From NCBI GenBank assembly GCA_020832375.1, contig JAFIEW010000001.1:55267-119266 (forward strand): a stretch of 64,000 bases of DNA, given 5' to 3'. Shown in pieces: positions 36,138-43,961 of this stretch. Under the pieces are notes generated by a model that was given only the letters and a program-made list of their open reading frames with translations, did not search any database and was not told where the DNA came from. The stretch's first letter is position 1. The number at the start of each line of letters is the position of its first letter. The stretch is from Cyclobacteriaceae bacterium. GTDB lineage: Bacteria > Bacteroidota > Bacteroidia > Cytophagales > Cyclobacteriaceae. The translations under genes and the position numbers were made by a program.

Positions 36138-36851
36138 TTAAGCATAAAAATCAGCTGTCTTTGAAAGCCTATGTTTGTCTAAAATAATAATTTTTTTACC
36201 CTGAAGGTCGATCAATTTATCTTTTTTAAACTCAGAAAGTAATCGAATGACAGTCTCCGTGGCGGTACCTACAATACCAGCTATTTCTTCTCTAGTAAGA
36301 GCCACATCAATTTTTCGACTTTCTTCACCATCAATACCATAAGTTTCGGAAAGCATCAGTAAAGTTTGAGCCAAACGCTCTCTAATAGACTTTTGTGCAG
36401 TATCAGTAATTCTTTCTTCCGCTACGCCAAGATCTTTACAAATAGCAGCGGTCAGCCTTCGAGAAAAGTCACTATCAGTATGTAGTAACTTAAAGAAATT
36501 TTCTTTTGGTATGAAACAAATTGAAGCATCCTCCACAATGGATGCAGTATTCAAATAAGCCTCTTCACTGAGTAAGGAAGAATATCCTAAAAAGTCGCCT
36601 GCTTTCGCTAATTTTATAATTTGCTCCTTACCGTTAGAGGCTGTTTTATATACCTTTACCACACCGTGACTGATACAAAATAAGCCTAAAGGACGGGTAC
36701 CCTCATAAAATAGTATTTGCCCCTTTTTATGTGAGATCATCGATTTGTGATCAGATATAGAACACATATGCTCAGAAGAAACATCTGAAAAGAGCGATTT
36801 CTTACGACTTGCGCAAAGCTCACATGGTGTTACTTTATGCTTAACTGACAT
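36138..36851 (-). CDS. Crp/Fnr-family transcriptional regulator with N-terminal cysteines
   Basis: 237 aa. cNMP-binding-like beta-roll (..GQILFYEGTRPLGLFCISHGVVKVYK..) and C-terminal HTH (LTREEIAGIVGTATETVIRLLSEF). N-terminal C10-x2-C13...C30 is reminiscent of FNR Fe-S ligands. Confidence 0.85.
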   Translation of the reverse strand: MSVKHKVTPCELCASRKKSLFSDVSSEHMCSISDHKSMISHKKGQILFYEGTRPLGLFCISHGVVKVYKTASNGKEQIIKLAKAGDFLGYSSLLSEEAYLNTASIVEDASICFIPKENFFKLLHTDSDFSRRLTAAICKDLGVAEERITDTAQKSIRERLAQTLLMLSETYGIDGEESRKIDVALTREEIAGIVGTATETVIRLLSEFKKDKLIDLQGKKIIILDKHRLSKTADFYA

Positions 36852-36910
36852 ATTGGAAGGTTATTTTTTGTATAAATATAAGCAAGAAAATAAATTATTC
36901 AAAAACTAGT

Positions 36911-37480
36911 TCAATAACTCAAGCGATTCCTGATAATTTTCTCTATTTGATCAAACAGCAATCTTGGAGACAAGGTTCGCCAATTTTGAATATCTAAAGT
37001 ACCCCCAAAGTTAATATAATAATCTAAGCCGTAATGTTTCCACTCTTGCTGTACAAAGTCTCTTGAATTAAGCGCTACCACCCAGCCTTCATCGAGCTCT
37101 TCAAACCACTCTTCATAATAGGCATCGTCCGACCCATGAAAATTGAGAATATTTTCAGTGATTAAAATAAACTTTTCAATCCCCTCACTAATAAGATGCT
37201 CTACTATGTTGCGCTTCAAATGCATGATATCATTATGAATGGCGTCATTCCACTCGCCAAATAGCTCTATAATGGTAAACCCTGTATCGTAATCCGTGTA
37301 TAAAATCTTGATGTAGAGGGTCTCTGATCCTATATAGTCCCAGTCAGGATCAATGTAATAGCCATAAATGGTCTCAGAATAAGATTCGAAATTATAGCTT
37401 TTGCCATAAAATGGAGATTGAGGATCATTTTCGCTTCTATAATGCTTGGTCCATCGATGAAAAGGTGCTATCTCATGCAT
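36911..37480 (-). CDS. Hypothetical protein
   Basis: 189-aa ORF rich in aromatic/acidic residues. No family recognised. Confidence 0.5.
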   Translation of the reverse strand: MHEIAPFHRWTKHYRSENDPQSPFYGKSYNFESYSETIYGYYIDPDWDYIGSETLYIKILYTDYDTGFTIIELFGEWNDAIHNDIMHLKRNIVEHLISEGIEKFILITENILNFHGSDDAYYEEWFEELDEGWVVALNSRDFVQQEWKHYGLDYYINFGGTLDIQNWRTLSPRLLFDQIEKIIRNRLSY

Positions 37481-37486
37481 TGATTC

Positions 37487-38320
37487 CTATATTTTTCCTT
37501 GGTGATATAAACTTAAGCCTGCGATTGGTTTTTCCACCACATTGCCCAATGTATAACCCATATCTGCACATACCGTTCGCAACATATCCATAAAATTAAA
37601 AGCAACTCCTCCTGTAAAATGGAGTCGGTATTGCTTCTTTGGATCTAAAGGAACAACATGTTGCTCTATAAAAAACGCAAAGGCATCGTAAACCAAGCGA
37701 GCGATGGAGGGCTCCTGGATATGGTCAAATAAAAATGGTGCATAGGAAGCCAAATAAAATGCTGGCTTCTTTTCTTGATACACCGCCTTAAGAATATCAG
37801 CTTGAGTGACTTGAAACCTACTTTCAAAGGCAGATTTCATTTTATCATTTAGCTCACCATATAAATACCTTCTTAGTATCTGTTTCCCTAAATAGGATCC
37901 GCTACCCTCATCCCCCAAAACAAAACCTAAAGCAGGTCGCTGTTGTACAATTTTCTCACCATCATAAAGACAGGCATTTGCACCCGTACCCAAAATGCAG
38001 CATATACCAGCATTTTTACCAGCAAGTGCTCTTGAAGTACCCACCATATCTGCATAGACCTCTATCAATACATCAGGCAAGACTTGCTGCAATTGCTTTT
38101 GAAATTGATCACGCATCTCTGCTGTACCAAGGCCTGCACCATAGAAATAAAATTTGTCTGGCTTGCCAAATTTCAACTTCAAACCCTCAATTTCATTGGC
38201 CAATTGCGATTCACCCAAATGATAAGGGTTCAAGCCCATCCCTTGATGCTGTTCTACACCGCGCTCACTTATCAATCGATAATCAGTTTTTGTGCCACCA
38301 CTATCCGCTATCCAAATCAT
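37487..38320 (-). CDS. BadF/BadG/BcrA/BcrD-type ATPase (N-acetylglucosamine kinase-like)
   Basis: 277 aa. ASKHA phosphate-1 motif IADSGGTKTD and ILGTGANA phosphate-2-like motif. Confidence 0.75.
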   Translation of the reverse strand: MIWIADSGGTKTDYRLISERGVEQHQGMGLNPYHLGESQLANEIEGLKLKFGKPDKFYFYGAGLGTAEMRDQFQKQLQQVLPDVLIEVYADMVGTSRALAGKNAGICCILGTGANACLYDGEKIVQQRPALGFVLGDEGSGSYLGKQILRRYLYGELNDKMKSAFESRFQVTQADILKAVYQEKKPAFYLASYAPFLFDHIQEPSIARLVYDAFAFFIEQHVVPLDPKKQYRLHFTGGVAFNFMDMLRTVCADMGYTLGNVVEKPIAGLSLYHQGKI

Positions 38321-38571
38321 ATTAATAATCCTATTGGTTCAAATTTATCAAATACAGTATCTAAGTGAGGCGCATCGGCCATTTCGGCAGTGAGATCCTG
38401 ACCTGCAAAGTGCTCGTAGTGCTTACCATTTTTCCACAATCGAGATCTCGACAAATCATAAATTACTCCTTTGTAGGCGCACCAGATTTCTTCCCGATCC
38501 GAGCCATTTCTTAGTGCCAATTGTCGCACGCTAAAGTGAGGCAGGTTTTTTTCTTTGTCCAAAACACTCAT
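38317..38571 (-). CDS. Cytochrome b5-like haem/steroid-binding domain protein
   Basis: 84 aa. Pattern ..F....L...NG.......AYKG.IYD.S.S..W..G.H....AG.DLT. is typical of small b5-like proteins. Its TGA stop overlaps the ATG of the downstream kinase-like gene (ATGA). Confidence 0.6.
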   Translation of the reverse strand: MSVLDKEKNLPHFSVRQLALRNGSDREEIWCAYKGVIYDLSRSRLWKNGKHYEHFAGQDLTAEMADAPHLDTVFDKFEPIGLLI

Positions 38572-38798
38572 AAAATACTATCCATTTTACTTCGCTCTGC
38601 ATTTATAAGTTAAGTACCCTCTAGGCAAAACCTTACTTACAGTTTACAAAACTACCGCTTTCTTATTAACTTGCGAAGTTATTGGTACAATACAATCGCC
38701 GAAAATTTATCATTGCACTCTCTTGGAATCACTCATTCCTCACAAAAAAGTACTGAAAGTTCTAAAGCTAAAATTCATCTTTGCGCCGTTTAAAAATC

Positions 38799-41753
38799 AT
38801 GGATATTACTACTTCTAAGCCCTTTCGAATTATCTATTCACTTTTTGAGCATGAATACCTAGGCTATCTTTTCGAGTCATTTATCGTGCAGCTCGATGAC
38901 AAAAACCGCCTCAGCTTCACCCATCAAAATATATCCGCTCAAAATGCAAGTGATTTTCATATAGAAAAAGGAAGTCTTGACTACCAACTCATCGAGATTA
39001 TCGACTCTATGCAAGCCGAGGCGGTGGTGCGTAAATTTCACCGTAGCTATATGAAACCCGGACTTTATTTTGAAAAAATAGCGAAAGATAAACCAGAAAA
39101 TAAATACATAAGAGAGGAGATCAGTAACTACACCGAGCGCCGAAGAGCTCAGGTACTATCTCTTCTGCAAGAGCATGAGCGAGAGCTTTACATTATGGGC
39201 AGCGACGGCAACCCCGCTTGGAAGAGAGCACAAATACAACAAGAAAAGGCTCGAGTGATTTTTCATTTTAGGAGGAATGAGGACAATACCCACTACTTCC
39301 CTCGAATCAAGTTTGAAGGGGAGCATCTGGACTTTAGATATCAAAATGCTAAGCTTATCTGTAAACAGCCCGCATGGCTCTTAATGAATGGTAAAGTGTA
39401 TGCTTTTAAGGGTGATGTGGACGGTAGAAAACTTGTGCCCTTCCTCAACAAAAAGTTCATCCTCATCAAAAAAGAAATCGAAGAGCGCTACTACAAAGGC
39501 TTCGTCGCATCTCTCATTGCTTCTTTTGATGTGTACGCCAAAGGCTTCGAAATTAAAGTAGTGCGTAAAAAGCCTACAGCAAAACTCAAGATCAGCAAGC
39601 TAGAGTCAGGAAGCGGCCAATCCGATCTTTTTGAAGGTAAAAAAGAAGATGCTAAGCCTGAAGATGACAAAATCCTTTTTGAGCTTCGCTTCAACTACGA
39701 CGATTTCAAAGTTAAACCCGACGCAACCCACGGCAGCTCGGATGTGAAAGTAGTAAAAAATGGTGATGAATACATTTTCCACAAGATCATTCGCGATGTA
39801 GAAGAAGAAAAAAACATTTTAATCGCCTTGCGCGAAGGTGGTTTGCCCATCAAAAACTTCACCTACAGTTGCAAAAAAAGCGATGCCTTTGACTTAATTG
39901 GCAGTCTCAATGAAGTGTTTGATCAATATGCCATAGAAGTAGAACAGGCAGAAACGGAGAAAAACTCTTACTTCTTGGGTCGGTCAAGTATCAACATCCG
40001 CGTAAATGACAAAATTGACTGGTTTGATCTTGAGGCGACCATCAAATTTGGAGAATACGAATACAGCATTGCCGACATTAAGAAGATCATGCACAAGCGC
40101 AACAAGGAGATTGAGCTTCCCAATGGTCAGATTGCGGTGATCCCTTCCTCATGGCTTCGTGACTATGGTACACTCTTTAGTTTTTTGGAAACAGGAGAGC
40201 AAAAGGGAAGCATGCGCTTAAAAAAGCATCACTTCGCCCTACTCGAAGAGTTACAAAACAAAGGGAAGGCAAGCATCAACTCGAAGCTACTCAAGCTACG
40301 GGAGGTATCAGGGATCGGCGAGAGCTCCCTGCCTGACACCTTCAAAGGTGAGCTGAGGAGCTATCAAAAAGCTGGATACAACTGGATGAGCTTCCTCAAT
40401 GAACACCACCTTGGCGGATGCCTTGCCGACGATATGGGTCTAGGAAAGACCGTTCAAACCCTCGCCTTGCTTTCTGATCAAGTTCATAAATCAAATGGTA
40501 GAGCCAGCCTCTTAGTTATGCCCACCTCTTTACTCTACAATTGGCAAGTAGAGGCAAAAAGGTTTACGCCCCACTTACGCATACTCATACATCGCGGTAC
40601 CCAAAGAGCCACTAGTCCCTCAGCCTTCGACAAATACGACTTGGTACTCACCACTTATGGAGTGGCACGTATTGATGCTGACAAATTGAAAGACTACCGA
40701 TTCCACTATATCATACTCGATGAGTCGCAAGCCATAAAAAATCCGGATAGCGCTACTACCCAAGCGCTACTCACTTACGATGCCAATCACAGATTGATCC
40801 TTACAGGTACGCCCGTCGAAAACACTACCTTGGACTTATGGTCACAGATGAGCTTCGCAAACCCTGGCTTGCTCGGTACGAGACAGTTTTTTCAAAAAGA
40901 ATTTCTCAAGCCGATCGAGCAGAAAGGCGATGAAACGAAAATCAAGCGCCTGCACAGCATGATTCAGCCTTTTATACTCAGAAGAGAGAAAAAACAGGTT
41001 GCCACCGACCTTCCTGAAAAAGTAGAAAGTGTAAAGTATTGCGAAATGACGGACTATCAACGTAATCTTTATGATGAGGTGAAAGAAGAATACCGCGACC
41101 TTATTCTGCAAAAAAAGAAAACAGGAGAAGGCAACAAGTCAGGCCTAGTGTTGCTACAGGGACTCATGAAATTGAGGCAAATAGCCAATCACCCTGAACT
41201 TGTAAAAAGCGATGGAAATATCGAAGCAAATGGCTCGGAAAACCTCTCTGGAAAGATCAACGATGTCATGCACATGCTGCACAGCATTGTAAGTAAAGGC
41301 AACAAAGTGCTCATATTTAGCCAGTTTGTAAAACACCTCAACATCGTCAAGCAACAGCTTGATAAAGAGAAGATTGCCTATCGCTACCTTGACGGAAAAA
41401 CTACCAATCGGCAAAAAGAAGTGGATGCTTTTCAAAATGATGATCAATATCAAGTATTTCTGATATCTTTGACGGCAGGTGGTACAGGCCTCAATTTAAC
41501 TAAAGCGGAGTATGTCTTCATTCTCGACCCTTGGTGGAATCCCGCCATCGAGGCGCAAGCTATAGACCGCGCCCATAGGATCGGTCAAACAAATAAAGTT
41601 TTCGCATATAAGTTTATCACCAAGGACACGGTAGAAGAAAAAATCTTAGATTTGCAAGAGCGAAAAAAGGAACTTGCAGGCTCTCTAGTCACGATTGAAG
41701 AGAGCTTTGTTAAGTCACTCAAGCCAGAAGAAATCGAGTTATTATTACGATAA
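38799..41753 (+). CDS. SNF2-family DNA/RNA helicase (RapA/HepA-like)
   Basis: SNF2_N motifs: LADDMGLGKTVQ (motif I), ILDESQAIKN (DExx box), LTGTPVEN. Helicase_C motifs: FLISLTAGGTGLNLT and QAIDRAHRIGQ. ATG at 38799 (tracked TTG at 38781). Confidence 0.9.
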   Translation: MDITTSKPFRIIYSLFEHEYLGYLFESFIVQLDDKNRLSFTHQNISAQNASDFHIEKGSLDYQLIEIIDSMQAEAVVRKFHRSYMKPGLYFEKIAKDKPENKYIREEISNYTERRRAQVLSLLQEHERELYIMGSDGNPAWKRAQIQQEKARVIFHFRRNEDNTHYFPRIKFEGEHLDFRYQNAKLICKQPAWLLMNGKVYAFKGDVDGRKLVPFLNKKFILIKKEIEERYYKGFVASLIASFDVYAKGFEIKVVRKKPTAKLKISKLESGSGQSDLFEGKKEDAKPEDDKILFELRFNYDDFKVKPDATHGSSDVKVVKNGDEYIFHKIIRDVEEEKNILIALREGGLPIKNFTYSCKKSDAFDLIGSLNEVFDQYAIEVEQAETEKNSYFLGRSSINIRVNDKIDWFDLEATIKFGEYEYSIADIKKIMHKRNKEIELPNGQIAVIPSSWLRDYGTLFSFLETGEQKGSMRLKKHHFALLEELQNKGKASINSKLLKLREVSGIGESSLPDTFKGELRSYQKAGYNWMSFLNEHHLGGCLADDMGLGKTVQTLALLSDQVHKSNGRASLLVMPTSLLYNWQVEAKRFTPHLRILIHRGTQRATSPSAFDKYDLVLTTYGVARIDADKLKDYRFHYIILDESQAIKNPDSATTQALLTYDANHRLILTGTPVENTTLDLWSQMSFANPGLLGTRQFFQKEFLKPIEQKGDETKIKRLHSMIQPFILRREKKQVATDLPEKVESVKYCEMTDYQRNLYDEVKEEYRDLILQKKKTGEGNKSGLVLLQGLMKLRQIANHPELVKSDGNIEANGSENLSGKINDVMHMLHSIVSKGNKVLIFSQFVKHLNIVKQQLDKEKIAYRYLDGKTTNRQKEVDAFQNDDQYQVFLISLTAGGTGLNLTKAEYVFILDPWWNPAIEAQAIDRAHRIGQTNKVFAYKFITKDTVEEKILDLQERKKELAGSLVTIEESFVKSLKPEEIELLLR

Positions 41754-41759
41754 TTACAA

Positions 41760-43136
41760 ATGAGTTTAAAAAAGAGAGTTTTCTTAGAAGTAAAGAAGTT
41801 TTTTGGAGAACGCTTCGAGCTTCAATCTGATAGAGGAGATATTGGCGGGATCATAGAGTCAATGTCCAAAGCCACAGAATTTAAAGGCACCAACCTCTGG
41901 ATTTTGATCTTTGCTATTTTCACGGCAAGTATTGGACTAAATGTCAACTCTACGGCAGTCATTATAGGAGCCATGCTTATCAGCCCCCTCATGGGGCCGA
42001 TCATGGGTATCGGACTTGGAGTAGGGATCATGGACTTCGACCTCATCAAAAAATCATACCGTAACTTCTTAGTAGCGGTCGGTATCAGCGTGCTCACTTC
42101 CTTCATTTATTTCAGCATAAGCCCAATCAGAGATGCACAGTCGGAACTTCTTGCGCGTACCACTCCTACTATCTATGATGTGTTCGTTGCCCTATTTGGC
42201 GGCTTGGCAGGTATGGTAGCCGCAACAAGAAAAGACAAAAACTTGACCGTGGTGCCCGGTGTAGCCATTGCAACAGCACTCATGCCGCCACTCTGTACCG
42301 CAGGATACGGATTAGCTACTGGTAACTTCTACTACTTCGGTGGTGCCTTTTACCTATTCCTTATCAACAGTGTGTTCATCTCTTTGGCCACCTACTTCAT
42401 GGTGAAATTTTTGCAATTTCCCCGCAAAACCTTCCTCGACCGTCGCCGTGAGCAGCGCATCAAGCGGTACATCATTGCTCTTGTAATAGTGACCGTGCTT
42501 CCAAGTGTTTACTTCGCCTACCACATCGTGAAGAGAGGCATCTTTGAGCGCAATGCCAAAGAGTATATCAGCGTAGAGCTCAAGTTTGCCAACACCCAAA
42601 TGATCAGTCAAGATATCAATTACAGCCGAAAGGGTAACAAGATTGAAGTCGTGCTTATCGGCGATTTTATTGAAGAGGAGCAGCTCGACATCGTAGAAGA
42701 AAAGCTCGCTCGATATGGTCTCGATGGCGCCGAGCTAGTCGTCAAGCAAGGCTTTAGCAAGAAAGAAAACAACTTCGATGTCAATGTACTCCGTGCAGGG
42801 GTAATTGAGGACTTATACAAAACTGCCGAAACAGAAATTAAAAACAAAGATGAGCGCATCCGCTTCCTCGAGCGCGAACTTTCGAGCTATCAGCAGGCGG
42901 AAGCAGCATCGAGAGAGATTGCGCCGGAGCTCAAAGCCATCAATTCGAGCGTGACAGAATTTGCTGTTAATCGGGTCATATTATCGCAACTTCAAGAAGA
43001 AAACACTTACGATACCCTCTTCATGAGCTATGTGAGGTTCTCACAAAGACCCGATAAAGCAGAAAAAACTCGGCTAGAGAATTGGCTCAAAGCGCGCTTA
43101 AAAACAGACAATCTACAACTCATCGTAAGAGAGTAG
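41760..43136 (+). CDS. DUF389-family integral membrane protein
   Basis: 458 aa. GAMLISPLMGPIMG motif and repeated TM bundles typical of DUF389 (TIGR00341-like). Soluble C-terminal domain. Confidence 0.75.
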   Translation: MSLKKRVFLEVKKFFGERFELQSDRGDIGGIIESMSKATEFKGTNLWILIFAIFTASIGLNVNSTAVIIGAMLISPLMGPIMGIGLGVGIMDFDLIKKSYRNFLVAVGISVLTSFIYFSISPIRDAQSELLARTTPTIYDVFVALFGGLAGMVAATRKDKNLTVVPGVAIATALMPPLCTAGYGLATGNFYYFGGAFYLFLINSVFISLATYFMVKFLQFPRKTFLDRRREQRIKRYIIALVIVTVLPSVYFAYHIVKRGIFERNAKEYISVELKFANTQMISQDINYSRKGNKIEVVLIGDFIEEEQLDIVEEKLARYGLDGAELVVKQGFSKKENNFDVNVLRAGVIEDLYKTAETEIKNKDERIRFLERELSSYQQAEAASREIAPELKAINSSVTEFAVNRVILSQLQEENTYDTLFMSYVRFSQRPDKAEKTRLENWLKARLKTDNLQLIVRE

Positions 43137-43260
43137 TTTTTTTGCGTGGAATGAGAACAGCGGCGAGCTGCACGCCATAAGCAAAGTGCACTTGCAAGCG
43201 GCTAAGCTTAATGATGAAAGTTACTTCAAAATTTTCGCCTTCAAGATAGACTACACATTA

Positions 43261-43288
43261 AAAGCATCCTCTAGAGTATGCTTTTTTT
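43261..43288 (+). terminator. Rho-independent terminator, probably for the DUF389 gene
   Basis: AAAGCAT..CTCTAGAG..ATGCTTT hairpin (43261-43284) followed by T7 (43282-43288), 125 nt after the stop at 43136. Confidence 0.6.
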
Positions 43289-43541
43289 GCGTGAGATGCT
43301 TTGAGTATTTAACCCGGATTCTACGACTTGAAAAATAAGTAACGTAAAATAGCTAACTTTTGATTGTAGCATGAAAAAGCCTATACATCAAATGGTGATT
43401 TTATCCCATCCCGGATTCTGGTAGAAATGTAAAACCCCAACTGCACAAGTTAGGGTTTTTGGAAAAAAAAGATACTTTCAATGAACATGTCAGTTGATGA
43501 ATTAAATGCAACTCTATAAATTAGTTAGATGGAATTAGGTA

Positions 43542-43698
43542 TTAGAATTCGTAATGAGAATAAAAAATACAATAAAATCAAGTATTTAGCAACTGAGGCA
43601 TAGCACCGCTCTGGTGAAGGCTGTAAATACAGCGAAGCGATTGATTTTGAAGTAGTTTGCGCTCGGAATAGAATTTCTAATGCATATTCTAGGTTTAA
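43542..43698 (+). repeat. Copy 1 of a ~155-nt non-coding paralogous element (candidate sRNA or MITE remnant)
   Basis: Aligns end to end with 63686-63838 in the same orientation (TTAGAATTCGTAATGAGA...GCATATTCTAGGTTTA). By hand alignment there are about 16 substitutions plus one 3-nt indel. No ORF. Confidence 0.8.
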
Positions 43699-43961
43699 GT
43701 TCGCTAATCACTAAAACCAGTCTGAGTGTGCGAAGGAGCTTCGGCTAAAATGATTACCTGATGACCAAATGACATCCTCATCCCCCGCAAATCATAAAGG
43801 CAGACAATCGAGATAGTTTCCAAAATTCACTGATTTTTTAGCCAATCTTATTTATGCTATATTTGAAGCCTATTTAAAGTAAGTTAATATCCTTTCAAAA
43901 CAGCCATCTAAGTTAGATCAAATGCGTAGAAACCAATTGACTTGACGAAAAATATATCACC

